Source: Christensenella sp. UBA6880
GTDB lineage: Bacteria; Bacillota; Clostridia; Christensenellales; CAG-917
Length of the DNA: 64,000 nucleotides
Reading direction: 5' to 3'
NCBI GenBank assembly: GCA_002449145.1
Contig: DKCG01000041.1
Coordinates: 37,791-101,790, forward strand
Shown: positions 9,408 through 19,682 of the stretch, one piece after another
Position numbering within the stretch: the stretch's first letter is position 1
How the letters are laid out: each line of letters begins with the position of its first letter
Translations under genes and position numbers: made by a program
Notes under the pieces: model-generated
Seen by the model: only the letters and a program-made list of their open reading frames with translations
Told to the model about the DNA's origin: nothing
Databases searched by the model: none

Positions 9408-9672
9408 AATCGGTGCTTACGTCGGACTTGCGCAACGCTCGGGTTCGGTGCTTTACGGCGAAGATATTATTTGCGAGAAGAAAAACCTCGCAAAAGTCGT
9501 GCTCGTTTCATCGACCGCAACCGATAAGTATAAAGAAAGGATATTGAAGAAGATGAGTTGTCCCGTGTATATCGTGGACGGTCTTGGCGAGGCTTTGCAC
9601 CGCGAAGGTGTCAACGCAATCGCCATAACTAACGACAATCTCGCAAAAGCGGTTGTCGGTGTATTGAGGTGA
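9400..9672 (+). CDS. ylxQ: L7Ae-family RNA-binding protein YlxQ
   Basis: 90 aa with an L7Ae/L30e-like sequence, located between ylxR and infB as in Bacillus. Overlaps the ylxR stop. Confidence 0.82.
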   Translation: MSKIGAYVGLAQRSGSVLYGEDIICEKKNLAKVVLVSSTATDKYKERILKKMSCPVYIVDGLGEALHREGVNAIAITNDNLAKAVVGVLR

Positions 9673-9674
9673 AT

Positions 9675-12377
9675 ATGCCCGAAAACAAAAAAGAAACAAA
9701 CGTCGATTCCATAAAAATGCTCGGCGAGTATAAGGCGACCAAACTTGCCGAACTTTCCGAAAATATCTCTCGTCAAAAGTCGAGAGCAGCCGTGATTATG
9801 GCTTCTATCAAGGCAAAACGCGACGAACTCGTGCAAAAGGCAGAGCAAATCGAAAAAGCCAAAGAAGAAGCGAAAGCGGTCGAAAAGGCAAAGTTTGAAG
9901 AAGTCGAGAACAAAATCGAACGTGAATCAGAAAAATCCGTCGAAAAGGTTAAGACGCAGGAAACGCCCGTAGTCGAGTCTAAGGTCGAGGTCAAAACGGA
10001 AAAGGAAACGAAAGTCGAAAAACAGGTCAAAAAAGACGATACTTCCGCTTCCGAAAAAGAGACCGTAAAAGCCGAAGAAAAGACGGAAAAGAAATCCAAG
10101 CAGGACGAAGCAAAGAAGTCGCGTATTGCGGTCGTTCCCAAAACGCCTTTCGAACTAGCGCAAGAGAATCCCGAAATTTTGCCTAACGGCGAAGTGCGCA
10201 GGATTTACGTTCCGCCGACGCCGAAGCCGAAGGTTACGACGAGAGTGTTTGGACAAGGCGGTTATCAACAACCGCGCGGACCGAAGCCGCAACAAAACGG
10301 TCAAGGTCCAAGACCGCAAGGACAAAATCAAGGTCAAAACGGCGGTTTGAGACGTTCGTCGTCGCAAAGCGTTGCCAACGCCGCGCAGCAATTTCCTCCT
10401 AAACCTGCTGCGCAAAAGGGCAAGGGCGGCAAACAAAACTCAAACAACGGTTCGAGCAAGTTCGACGATAAGTCAACGATGAACAAGCGCGCGCTTATGA
10501 AACGCGGCTATCTCGTCGACGACAGAATTTCATACGACGAGGACGGCGAAGCAATCGTTCGCAACTACAAAGTCAACAAGAACAGAGGCGGTGGCAACAG
10601 CGCAACCGTTATAATCGAAAACGCGGTTATAACCACCGACCCCGTTTCCATCAAAACTTTGAGCGAAAAAATCGGTAAATCCGCCGCGGAAATCGTCAAA
10701 ACGCTGTTCGTTCTCGGCATTATGAAGACAATAAACGACAGCATCGATTTCGCTACTGCGGAACTTGTTGCCGACGAATTCGGAATCAAACTCGAATATA
10801 AGCCCGACGTGACTCTCGAAGATACGCTCAGCGCGCAACTCGAAGTGGACGACGTCGAAGAACTCGAAAATCTCGTTCCGCGTCCGCCTATCGTCACTAT
10901 TATGGGTCACGTCGACCACGGCAAAACTTCGCTTCTCGACTACATCAGAAAGTCGAACGTCACGGGCGGCGAAGCGGGCGGCATTACGCAACATATCGGC
11001 GCGTATACCGTTACGCTCAACGGCAATCCCATTACGTTCCTCGATACCCCCGGTCACGAAGCGTTCACGTCGATGCGTGCTCGCGGCGCGCAAGTTACGG
11101 ATATTGCTATTCTGGTCGTTGCGGCGGACGACGGCGTTATGCCTCAGACGCTCGAAGCAATCAGCCACGCAAAGCAAGCAAAAGTGCCTATCATCGTCGC
11201 TATGAACAAGATGGACAGAGCGGGCGCAAATCCCGACAAGGTGCTTTCGCAACTCGCAGAAAACGGCGTTACACCCGAAGAATGGGGCGGCGATACGCCC
11301 GTCGTGCGCGTGTCTGCAAAGACCGGTATGGGCGTTGAAGATTTGCTCGAACAAATCCTCGTACGCGCAGAAGTGGAAGAATTGCGCGCAAATCCCGACA
11401 GAAACGCAAGAGGCACTATCGTCGAAGCAAAACTTGACAAAGGTCTAGGCAAAATCGCAACTATACTCGTTCAAACGGGTACGTTGCACGTCGGCGATAA
11501 CGTCGTCGCCGGAACTTGCACGGGTAAAATCCGCGCTATGATCGACGATAAGGGCAGAAAGGTCAAGAAAGCAGGTCCGTCTATGCCCGTTTCGGTCACC
11601 GGTTGGGACGACGTTCCCGAAGCAGGCGACAGAATCGACGTCGTTGCTGACGAAAAGTTCGCAAGAGAACTCGCAGAAGAAAGAAAACTCAAACTCGCCG
11701 CAAGTCAAACGGAATCTACGTCCGTTTCGCTCAACGACTTGTTCGACAAGATTTCAAAAGGCGAACTCAAATCCGTCAAACTCATAATCAAAGCGGACGT
11801 TCAAGGCTCGGTCGAGGCGGTCAAGCAATCTCTTGCCAAACTCGGTAACGAGGAAGTCAATATCGACATCATTCACGCGGCTGTCGGCGGTATCAAAGAA
11901 AGCGACGTTTTGCTTGCGGAAACTTCAAACGCAATCATCATCGGATTCAACGTTCGCCCCGACAACAACGCAAAACAACTCGCCGCGCAAAAGAAAATCG
12001 ACATCAGATTCTACAACATCATTTACAACGCAATCGAGGACATCGAAAAGGCGGTCAAGGGTATGCTCGATCCCAAATTCAAAGAGGTCGTTCTCGGTTC
12101 TGCGGAAGTGCGTGAATTGTTCAAGATCAGCGGCGTAGGCACTATCGCAGGTTGCCACGTCATCGACGGCAAAGTCGTTCGCGGCGCGCAAGCACGTCTT
12201 ATCAGAAACGGAAAAGTCGAGTATACCGGCGAAATCGCTTCCTTGCGCCACGGCAAAGACGACGTCAAGGAAATGGCAAAAAACTTCGACTGCGGCATAA
12301 TGCTGTCCAACTTCCAAGATGTCAAAGTGGACGACGTAATCGAAGCGTTCACGATGGAGAAAACAAATGAAGATTAA
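9675..12377 (+). CDS. infB: translation initiation factor IF-2
   Basis: GTPase motifs [20 protein letters not shown] and NKMD. Low-complexity Lys/Glu and Gln/Gly-rich N-terminus. ATG 9675 follows a GAGGTG SD. Confidence 0.97.
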   Translation: MPENKKETNVDSIKMLGEYKATKLAELSENISRQKSRAAVIMASIKAKRDELVQKAEQIEKAKEEAKAVEKAKFEEVENKIERESEKSVEKVKTQETPVVESKVEVKTEKETKVEKQVKKDDTSASEKETVKAEEKTEKKSKQDEAKKSRIAVVPKTPFELAQENPEILPNGEVRRIYVPPTPKPKVTTRVFGQGGYQQPRGPKPQQNGQGPRPQGQNQGQNGGLRRSSSQSVANAAQQFPPKPAAQKGKGGKQNSNNGSSKFDDKSTMNKRALMKRGYLVDDRISYDEDGEAIVRNYKVNKNRGGGNSATVIIENAVITTDPVSIKTLSEKIGKSAAEIVKTLFVLGIMKTINDSIDFATAELVADEFGIKLEYKPDVTLEDTLSAQLEVDDVEELENLVPRPPIVTIMGHVDHGKTSLLDYIRKSNVTGGEAGGITQHIGAYTVTLNGNPITFLDTPGHEAFTSMRARGAQVTDIAILVVAADDGVMPQTLEAISHAKQAKVPIIVAMNKMDRAGANPDKVLSQLAENGVTPEEWGGDTPVVRVSAKTGMGVEDLLEQILVRAEVEELRANPDRNARGTIVEAKLDKGLGKIATILVQTGTLHVGDNVVAGTCTGKIRAMIDDKGRKVKKAGPSMPVSVTGWDDVPEAGDRIDVVADEKFARELAEERKLKLAASQTESTSVSLNDLFDKISKGELKSVKLIIKADVQGSVEAVKQSLAKLGNEEVNIDIIHAAVGGIKESDVLLAETSNAIIIGFNVRPDNNAKQLAAQKKIDIRFYNIIYNAIEDIEKAVKGMLDPKFKEVVLGSAEVRELFKISGVGTIAGCHVIDGKVVRGAQARLIRNGKVEYTGEIASLRHGKDDVKEMAKNFDCGIMLSNFQDVKVDDVIEAFTMEKTNED

Positions 12378-12756
12378 GATGGAACGAGTCAATTCCGAAC
12401 TCGCCAGACAAATCACCAAAATCATTGCCGAAGACGTTAAAGATCCGCGTCTTCACAATGCAATCGTCGGCGTGACCAAACTTTACACCACGCCCGACCT
12501 TAAATACGCAAAGGTATATTTGTCCATATATGCGGCAAACGACGAGGAAAGGCAAGAGGCGTATTACACGATTTGCCGTTCCAAAACGTTCATTCGCAAT
12601 ATGCTCAAAGACAGCGTGCAAATCCGTCTTTTGCCCGAACTCAATTTCATAATTGACGACAGCGTCGATTACAGCATAAAAATCGACGAAATACTCAATA
12701 AAATCAAAAAACTGGACGAGCAAAGGACGATTGCAAACACCGACGAGGAACAATGA
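12367..12756 (+). CDS. rbfA: ribosome-binding factor A
   Basis: 129 aa, RbfA-like (RVNSELARQI...DPRL...V.V..DL..AKVY). GGAG SD 7 nt upstream. Overlaps the infB end by 11 nt; ATG 12379 is an alternative start. Confidence 0.88.
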   Translation: MKIKMERVNSELARQITKIIAEDVKDPRLHNAIVGVTKLYTTPDLKYAKVYLSIYAANDEERQEAYYTICRSKTFIRNMLKDSVQIRLLPELNFIIDDSVDYSIKIDEILNKIKKLDEQRTIANTDEEQ

Positions 12757-13706
12757 ACGACATTCTTCAAGAAATCTCAAAAAAAATAAATCGCTCAGAC
12801 GATATTGCGCTTTATTGTCACACTAAACCAGATTGCGACGCTTTGGGCAGTATGCTCGCGCTTTACGTCGCTCTCAAAAACAAGGGTAAAAACGTTTCGG
12901 CATACTGCGATTCGCCCGTTCCCGACAAATATAAAACTCTGTTCAAAAGCGAAGATATTACTTTTCCGCAAAAGAGAGTTCACGACCTCGCAATCAGTAT
13001 AGACGCGAGTTCCATCGACAGACTCGGACAGTGTATGAAGTCGTTTTTGTCGGCAAAAACGCAAATTGTTATCGACCATCACAAATCCTTTGAGAGATTC
13101 GCTTCGCTTTGCTACGTTGACGAAACGGCAAGCGCGTGTGCGGAAATCGTTTTTCAACTGCTCAAATCTATGAAAGCAATCGATGTAAACGTTGCGAAAC
13201 TGCTTTTTTGCGGTATCGTGACGGACAGCGGTTGTTTTTCTTATTCCAACACCACGAAACGCACCCACGAAATTGCGTGTGAGTTGCTCGAATACGACTT
13301 CGACGCAAGCGAGGCGATTTATCAAGTGTACAGAAGCGTCACTTCAAACAAATTCGACTTGAAACGCCGTGCGCTTGCAAAAGCAAAATTCTTCGAGGAC
13401 AAACAAATTGCATTGATTTGCTTCACAAAAGAGGATTTTGCCGTAACCAACACGACTTGTGACGATACGGAAGGTATCGTAAGCGAACTTATCGACGTCG
13501 ATTGCGTGAAAGTCGCATATGCGTTATCGCAAGTGGGCGACAAGAACTTCAAACTCAGTATCCGCACGAAAGATAACGTTGATGCGTCCGACATTGCTAT
13601 GACTTTCGGCGGGGGCGGACACAAATTCGCGTCGGGTTGCCGAGTCAACGGCTATCTCGAAGACATAGTAGAAAAAATCGTAAAACTCGCAAAAGACAGA
13701 ATCTAA
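12753..13706 (+). CDS. nrnA: DHH/DHHA1 phosphoesterase (NrnA-type bifunctional oligoribonuclease/pAp phosphatase)
   Basis: 317 aa with DHH motifs (HTKPDCDALGS, IVIDHHKS) and DHHA1 GGGGHKFASG. Follows rbfA, as is common in Bacillota. Confidence 0.85.
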   Translation: MNDILQEISKKINRSDDIALYCHTKPDCDALGSMLALYVALKNKGKNVSAYCDSPVPDKYKTLFKSEDITFPQKRVHDLAISIDASSIDRLGQCMKSFLSAKTQIVIDHHKSFERFASLCYVDETASACAEIVFQLLKSMKAIDVNVAKLLFCGIVTDSGCFSYSNTTKRTHEIACELLEYDFDASEAIYQVYRSVTSNKFDLKRRALAKAKFFEDKQIALICFTKEDFAVTNTTCDDTEGIVSELIDVDCVKVAYALSQVGDKNFKLSIRTKDNVDASDIAMTFGGGGHKFASGCRVNGYLEDIVEKIVKLAKDRI

Positions 13707-13742
13707 CAGGGTATTTTGTCAAAATTACATTTTGAATCTTAT

Positions 13743-14630
13743 ATGAAAGGCTTTGTCAATATCAACAAACCATACGGTATGACTTCAAGCGACGTCGTAG
13801 TCAAAGTGCGCGGAATTCTGCGCAGAGTCAGCGGCGAAAAGCAAAAAGTCGGACATCTCGGCACTCTCGACCCAATCGGTACGGGCGTTTTGCCGATTGC
13901 CGTCGGAACTGCGACAAGGCTTTTCGATTATATGCAGCAAAAAGTCAAAGTGTATCGCGCAACTTTCGTTTTCGGCGAAACGACCGATACGCTCGATTGT
14001 ACCGGCAAGGTGGTCGAAAACAGTTCCGTTATTCCGACAAGAAAACAAATAGACGAAGCGACAAAAAATATCATCGGCGACGTCGAGCAGATTCCGCCAC
14101 AGTATTCGGCAAAATCCGTAGGCGGCGTAAGGGCGTACGACTTGGCACGCAAAGGTATTCAAGTCGAGTTGAAACCGAAAATAGTGACCGTATATTACGT
14201 CAAAGCGGTTGATTGCGATATAGACGGCACGCCGTATGCGCTCAAAAAAAACGAGTACGCATTTGAAATTGCGTGTTCGAGCGGAACGTATATTCGCTCG
14301 ATAGCGCGCGACCTTGCCGCTTCGCTCGGCACAGTTGCTTATATGTCGTCGATATGCAGAATCAAAAGCGGAGATTTTGAAATTTGCGATTCCGTTTCGC
14401 TCGATAATTTTGAAAAAATGCCGTTAGAGTGTCTAAAACCGATAGATTGTGCATTGAAAAGTTTTGAAAAAGTGCAAATCGACGATACGCAAACGAGCAA
14501 GGTTTTGAACGGCGTATGCATAAAAGTCGACAATTTGCTGCTCGGCGATTTCGTCGTCGAATGCGGCGGTGAAGTGCTCGGTATGGGCGAGTGCGCAAGC
14601 GGTTTGCTACATATGAAAACGAGGCTGTGA
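13743..14630 (+). CDS. truB: tRNA pseudouridine-55 synthase
   Basis: MKGFVNINKPYGMTSSDVV... and the catalytic GHLGTLDP motif. ATG 13743 is preferred over the track TTG 13716 by alignment logic with TruB N-termini. Confidence 0.92.
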   Translation: MKGFVNINKPYGMTSSDVVVKVRGILRRVSGEKQKVGHLGTLDPIGTGVLPIAVGTATRLFDYMQQKVKVYRATFVFGETTDTLDCTGKVVENSSVIPTRKQIDEATKNIIGDVEQIPPQYSAKSVGGVRAYDLARKGIQVELKPKIVTVYYVKAVDCDIDGTPYALKKNEYAFEIACSSGTYIRSIARDLAASLGTVAYMSSICRIKSGDFEICDSVSLDNFEKMPLECLKPIDCALKSFEKVQIDDTQTSKVLNGVCIKVDNLLLGDFVVECGGEVLGMGECASGLLHMKTRL

Positions 14631-14635
14631 AAAGT

Positions 14636-15586
14636 ATGAAAATCCTCGACTTTGAAAAACGATACGATATTCCCGTTGCGCTTGCGCTCGGCTTTTTCGA
14701 TTGTATCCACAAAGGACATCAAAAACTTTGCGAGCGTGTAATCGAGTATTCCAAATCAAACGGAATCGAAAGTGCGCTTTTGACGTTCACGAACGATCCG
14801 AACGTCCTTTTCGGCAACGAAAAACAAATATATTGTTTTTCCGATCGAGTAAAAGTGCTTGAAAAATGCGGTTTGAACGTCGTTATCGGCGCATCGTTCG
14901 ACGATAAATTCGCAAGTTTGTCACCGCTCGATTTTCTCGATGTGTTGACGTCGAATTTCAACGTAAAGTCGATTTTCGTCGGTGCGGATTACACGTTCGG
15001 CAAATTCGCGGCAGGGAACGTCGATTTGCTTCGCGAATATTGCGATAGCAAACGTATTTCGCTCTGCGTAGTGCCTTTTGAAACGTCGGACGGCGTGAAA
15101 ATCTCAACGTCGAAACTCAAATCGTACGTGAAAAACGGTCAAGTCGACAAACTCAACGAATATCTCGCTTTGCCGTATTTTATGAGCGGTGAAGTGTTGC
15201 ACGCACGCCACAAAGGCACGGGAATGGGATTTCCGACAACCAACATCGCACCCGACGAATCGCGTTTGCAACTCGAAAACGGCATATATGCGACTTTTTG
15301 CGAGGTTGACGGCAAAATTTTCAAATCTATGACCAACGTAGGCACGAAACCCACGTTTTCGGATAATTCCATATCCGTTGAGACTTATATAATAGATTTT
15401 TCAGGTGACTTATACGGCAAAAATATCGTCGTGTATTTCATCGAAAAAATGCGCGATATTGTCAAATTCGCCTCTCAAGCCGAGTTGAAAGCACAACTCG
15501 ACAATGACGAGGTCAATGCGATAAAAATTCTTGACGACTTCGAGCGCAATCACGCAGACAGTTTGCTTTTTAGAGGTGACAAATGA
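14636..15586 (+). CDS. ribF: bifunctional riboflavin kinase / FMN adenylyltransferase
   Basis: ATG 14636 (MKILDF...). GFFDCIHKGHQ nucleotidyltransferase motif, C-terminal riboflavin kinase part (GFPTTNI, ...YG...V.F). Follows truB. Confidence 0.92.
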   Translation: MKILDFEKRYDIPVALALGFFDCIHKGHQKLCERVIEYSKSNGIESALLTFTNDPNVLFGNEKQIYCFSDRVKVLEKCGLNVVIGASFDDKFASLSPLDFLDVLTSNFNVKSIFVGADYTFGKFAAGNVDLLREYCDSKRISLCVVPFETSDGVKISTSKLKSYVKNGQVDKLNEYLALPYFMSGEVLHARHKGTGMGFPTTNIAPDESRLQLENGIYATFCEVDGKIFKSMTNVGTKPTFSDNSISVETYIIDFSGDLYGKNIVVYFIEKMRDIVKFASQAELKAQLDNDEVNAIKILDDFERNHADSLLFRGDK

Positions 15587-16452
15587 TAAATAAAAGTAAC
15601 GTAGCATTGTTCGGACCGTCCGGACACGACGAACAGTTTGCAAAAGACGGATTGACCGCGACGCTTCAAATGCCGCAATGGTTGAGAGAAAAAGGACTCG
15701 ATTTGTTTGAATATTCCTTCGGCAAAGGTGTTCGCATAAGCGAACCAACCGCAGAAGCAATAGGGGACGAAGCCGACAAATTCGGTATCGAAATCAGCGT
15801 TCACGCGCCGTATTTCATAAATTTTGCCTCAGTCGAGCAGGAAAAAGCGGACAATTCTATAAATTATCTCACAAGTTCGCTCAAAGCACTCAGACATTTT
15901 CACGGTCAAAGATGCGTTTTTCACCCCGGTGCAGAAGGTAAACAACCTCGAAACGAAGCGTTTGCACGCACACTTGACAATTTTGCGCGCGCACTCGACG
16001 CTATAAAACAAAACGGCGACGAAGATTTGATCGTTTGCCCCGAAACTATGGGAAAACAAGCGCAAATCGGCACGGTGAGTGAAGTTATAGAACTTTGCAA
16101 ACTCGCCCCGAACGTTTATCCGTGCGTCGATTTCGGTCACGTCAACAGCCTTTGGGGCGGCGCATTGAAAACTTCCGACGATTTTCAACGTATCATTGAT
16201 GACATTTTCGACGGACTCGGCGAAGAAAAGACGAAAAATATGCACGTCCATTTCAGTAAGATTATGTACGGCGCAAAAGGCGAAATTAAGCATTTGACCT
16301 TTGCCGACAATATCTACGGACCTGAATTTGAACCGTTTTGTGAAGTGATTGTCAAAAACAATCTTACGCCTCACGTTTTGAGCGAATCCGCCGGCACGCA
16401 AATGTTCGACTCGCTCACTATGAAGCGCATGTACGAAAATATGTTAAAATAA
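15583..16452 (+). CDS. endonuclease IV-family TIM-barrel protein (AP endonuclease 2 superfamily)
   Basis: 289 aa. Blocks align with Nfo metal-ligand blocks: VHAPYFINF, VFHPGA, CPETMGKQ, CVDFGH, MHVHFS, VLSES. Overlaps the ribF stop by 4 nt. Confidence 0.65.
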   Translation: MINKSNVALFGPSGHDEQFAKDGLTATLQMPQWLREKGLDLFEYSFGKGVRISEPTAEAIGDEADKFGIEISVHAPYFINFASVEQEKADNSINYLTSSLKALRHFHGQRCVFHPGAEGKQPRNEAFARTLDNFARALDAIKQNGDEDLIVCPETMGKQAQIGTVSEVIELCKLAPNVYPCVDFGHVNSLWGGALKTSDDFQRIIDDIFDGLGEEKTKNMHVHFSKIMYGAKGEIKHLTFADNIYGPEFEPFCEVIVKNNLTPHVLSESAGTQMFDSLTMKRMYENMLK

Positions 16453-16500
16453 GTAATATTAATTTGACATCGTAAAATATCAATTTTAACATCGACAAAG

Positions 16501-16526
16501 TAGCGTCCACACGTACGCTATTTTTA
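16501..16526 (+). terminator. possible intrinsic terminator after the endonuclease IV-like gene
   Basis: TAGCGT/ACGCTA 6-bp stem with an 8-nt loop, followed by TTTTTA. Lies 49 nt after the stop codon. Confidence 0.4.
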
Positions 16527-16822
16527 TAACATAAAATTTTCCAAGATTTTCAAATTAGCAAGCGGGTAGAAAGAAAAGTTAAACTTCAAAATTAAAAAAA
16601 AGTTTGGCAAAAGAGGATGTCAAACTCAAAATTCAGTAGAAGTCCAAAACTCAAAAGTATATCGGTAGAGTGCAACGTTATAAAAATTAGACATTGAAAC
16701 AAAATTTTTCGCGAAAGAAGGGGAAATTTTGATGCTTAACCCGTATAGAAACTATTCGTAAAATCGCAGCTTTACGCAGAGAAAGCGATAAAATATGCAC
16801 TAAATAGAGGATTTTCAAAAAT

Positions 16823-16862
16823 CGCATTTATTTGTAAAATATTTTACAAATTCTAATATGCG
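16823..16862. repeat. perfect 20-bp palindrome with flanking 5-bp arms, T-runs on both sides (bidirectional-terminator-like)
   Basis: TTTGTAAAATATTTTACAAA (16831-16850) is its own reverse complement. CGCAT (16823-27) pairs with ATGCG (16858-62). Followed by TGTTTTTT and preceded by TTTTCAAAAA. Confidence 0.8.
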
Positions 16863-17185
16863 TGTTTTTTGAATTTCGATTACTTGAGTTTGCGACCGAT
16901 TTTACGGATCGATTTTAAGCTGATTTTCACCGCTTGTTTTCGGTGTTTTTGACCGATTCTATTATGTAATTTTTTTGTATTATTCGTTACAACTCATATA
17001 TTGTGCCGAAAAACCGTCGATTTATCTATCGTTTTACGAGGATTTTCGACGGCATTTTTGGTTTATGACCGTGCAAATTTTTACGTTTAATCCGCATTTT
17101 TAACGTTATATTACGGTTATTTTCGAGTTTTTTTTGAGATTTTAAGCGATTTTTCGGTGGCTTTTTAGCAATCTTTTGCGAGGCA

Positions 17186-18433
17186 TCAGTCGAAATTCAA
17201 GGATTCGAGTGTGTGCAAAACCGCTAAATATGCGTGTTCGTACGTCAAGCCGCCTTGAACGTAGACGATATACGGTTCTTTTATCGGCGAATCCGCGCTC
17301 AATTCGATTGACGAGCCTTGAATGAATGCGCCGGCAGCCATAATTACTTGATTTTGGTATCCCGGCATATCCCACGGCAAAGGTTTTACGTTGCTGTCAA
17401 TTGGCGAAATCTCTTGAATTGCGCCGCAAAAATCGATAAGTTTGTCTTCAGAGCCGAGTTTGATGCTCGTAACGATGTCGTAAGGCTTCATATCGTCGCG
17501 CGGAAGCGTCTCAAAACCGAGTTTTGAGTAGGTTTTTGCAAACAAAAGCGAGCCTTTGAGCGCATTTTTGACCGCAGACGGCGCGAGAAACAAACCTTGA
17601 TAATACGGCAAATAACCGTAGGCGTACGAACCTTCTTCCATACCGAGCGAAGGCGCGGTCAAACGATAGGAAACTTGCTCGACAAGTTGCGATTTTCCTG
17701 CAATATAGCCGCCTGTGGGCGCGATTCCGCCACCGATATTTTTGATGAGCGAACCTGCAATTAAATCTGCGCCGACGTCGGTCGGTTCGATTTTTTCGAC
17801 AAATTCGCCGTAGCAATTATCAATCAAAACAAGCGTTTCGGGGCTGATTTTCTTGACGAATTTGACGAGTTTTTCGACGTTTTCGACGCTGATTGCTTGT
17901 CTAAGGCTGTATCCGCGGCTTCTTGCGGCAAAAACAGCCTTGATTTTTTCGGTTTTAAGCGCGTTTTCGATGGCTTCATAGTCAAATTCCGGCGTTAAAT
18001 CGGGGTTGGTTTTCAAGTCGATTTTGTCGAATTTGATTCCGAAATCCTTCAAAGAACCTTTTTTATCCGCCAAAATAACGTCGGTTAAAGTGTCGTAAGG
18101 CATACCAGAAACCGCCAAAAGTTTGTCACCTGGACGCAAAACGCCGAAAAGCATAAGCGTCAAAGCGTGCGTTCCGGACACGATATTCGGCGAAACGATT
18201 GCGCTTTCGGCATTGAAAATGTCCGTATAAAGCCTACAAAGCGTATCTCTGCCGATGTCGTCGTAGCCGTAACCGGTCGTTCCGAACATATGGCGTGCCT
18301 GAATTGATTGATTTTTGTACGCGTCGAGAACTTTCTTTTGATTGTAAAGCGCGATGTCGTCAAGACGAGCGTATTGTTCTTTGAGTTCGTTTTCACATTC
18401 GATTACGAGATTTTTTGCCGATATTTTGTCCAT
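17186..18433 (-). CDS. ynbB: PLP-dependent Cys/Met-metabolism enzyme of the YnbB / 'aluminium resistance protein' (methionine gamma-lyase-like) family
   Basis: 415 aa. The N-terminus ...QARHMFGTTGYGYDDIGRDTL...IVSGTHAL.. is typical of this family. Located downstream of miaA, as in many Bacillota. Confidence 0.78.
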   Translation of the reverse strand: MDKISAKNLVIECENELKEQYARLDDIALYNQKKVLDAYKNQSIQARHMFGTTGYGYDDIGRDTLCRLYTDIFNAESAIVSPNIVSGTHALTLMLFGVLRPGDKLLAVSGMPYDTLTDVILADKKGSLKDFGIKFDKIDLKTNPDLTPEFDYEAIENALKTEKIKAVFAARSRGYSLRQAISVENVEKLVKFVKKISPETLVLIDNCYGEFVEKIEPTDVGADLIAGSLIKNIGGGIAPTGGYIAGKSQLVEQVSYRLTAPSLGMEEGSYAYGYLPYYQGLFLAPSAVKNALKGSLLFAKTYSKLGFETLPRDDMKPYDIVTSIKLGSEDKLIDFCGAIQEISPIDSNVKPLPWDMPGYQNQVIMAAGAFIQGSSIELSADSPIKEPYIVYVQGGLTYEHAYLAVLHTLESLNFD

Positions 18434-18590
18434 ATTTTTTGCCTTTTTAGGTTGTGTTTCGATTGATTTTTGAGATTTTGTATATCTTGTTTTAGTTGTT
18501 GTTTGATTTTACTTGCGGTAAACGTGATTATATTCCGTTAGTTTTGTTGTGAATTTTCGTGATTATAGTGAGCATTTTGTCGCAATTTTT

Positions 18591-19535
18591 TTATGTTTCA
18601 ACGGTTTTTTCTCGGATTTTTTCGGTCATATATTCGATTGCGCCGTCCGCGTCGGCGACGTCGAACCATTTTACGAAGTCGTATTTTCTGAACCAAGTCA
18701 GTTGTCGCTTTGCGTAGTTGCGGGAATGTTGCTTGATTTTGTCCTTGATTTGGTCGAGTTCGAATTGTTTGATGACGAATTTGCCGTTTTCAACCGTAAA
18801 CTTGCAATCCGCAAATTCTTTGTAGCCGATTGCTTGCATCGATTGATAGGAAAAATCGCCGACGGACAAAACTTCTTGAACGAGCCCTTGCTCGAACATT
18901 TTGTCAACGCGAGCGTTGATTCTCTCGTACAAAGCCTGTCTATCCGTGTTGAGCGCAACCATAATTACGTCGGGTTTTTCGCGTTCGTCTTGCGTTTGCG
19001 AAAGCGTTTTTCCCGTGCTTAAAACGATTTCGAGCGCGCGAATAACGCGTTTCGTATCGTTTTCGTGAAGTCGATTTGCGGTTTCGGGGTCGAGATTTGC
19101 GAGTTTTTCGTGCATAGCGTGCGCGCCGATTCGTTGAAGTTCGTCTTGTAAGTTCGCGCGCAGTTCCTCGTTTTTGTTCGTGTTTGAAAAACTCATCGGA
19201 TAAAGCAACGCTTCAAAATACAATCCCGTACCGCCGACGACGATTGGCAATTTTTCTTCGTTTTGCGCTTTCTCGATTTCGATTTTTGCCATACGAGCAA
19301 ATTCGGCAACCGAAAACTCGTCGCTCGGATTTACGACGTCGATGAGTTTGTGCGGAATCCTTGCACGAACGATAGGATCTTCTTTTGCCGTGCCGATGTC
19401 AAGCGTGCGGTAAATCTGCATACTGTCTGCGGATATAATCACGCTGTCGAAAATTTTGGCAAGTTTCACGGCAAGTGCTGATTTTCCCGAAGCCGTCGGA
19501 CCTGCGATGTAAATCGGCGGATAAATTTTGCTCAT
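18591..19535 (-). CDS. miaA: tRNA dimethylallyltransferase
   Basis: 314 aa with P-loop IAGPTASGKSALA, MiaA-like throughout. mutS-mutL-miaA synteny. Confidence 0.94.
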   Translation of the reverse strand: MSKIYPPIYIAGPTASGKSALAVKLAKIFDSVIISADSMQIYRTLDIGTAKEDPIVRARIPHKLIDVVNPSDEFSVAEFARMAKIEIEKAQNEEKLPIVVGGTGLYFEALLYPMSFSNTNKNEELRANLQDELQRIGAHAMHEKLANLDPETANRLHENDTKRVIRALEIVLSTGKTLSQTQDEREKPDVIMVALNTDRQALYERINARVDKMFEQGLVQEVLSVGDFSYQSMQAIGYKEFADCKFTVENGKFVIKQFELDQIKDKIKQHSRNYAKRQLTWFRKYDFVKWFDVADADGAIEYMTEKIREKTVET

Positions 19536-19682
19536 ATTGCTTTTTCGATGTTGCTCTCGAACTTTCGTCCGATTTTATTTTTGATTGTTAAACTGTTATT
19601 GGATTTTTCTTTATATATACGGATTAAAATATTATTATATATATATTTATCCTTATAAGTCGATTTGATTTTTTTGATTTTG

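Noticed and set aside
9772-10440. Repetitive Lys/Glu-rich and Gln/Gly/Pro-rich stretch at the 5' end of infB as a possible repeat element
   Set aside because: It is in frame within IF-2, whose N-terminal region is characteristically low-complexity and variable. The antisense ORFs listed there are shadows.
16831-16850. The 20-bp perfect palindrome as a dif-like recombination site
   Set aside because: Its half-sites (TTTGTAAAA) read toward the centre, the opposite of dif arms, and there is no 6-bp asymmetric central region. It is better described as an AT-rich hairpin or bidirectional terminator.
16945-16972. Possible dif (XerC/D) site, because of TTATGTAAT resembling the conserved XerD arm TTATGTAAACT
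   Set aside because: Only the XerD-like half matches (about 8 of 11). The 11 bp that would form the XerC arm (GTTTTTGACCG) bear no resemblance to known XerC arms and are not partially palindromic with the right arm.
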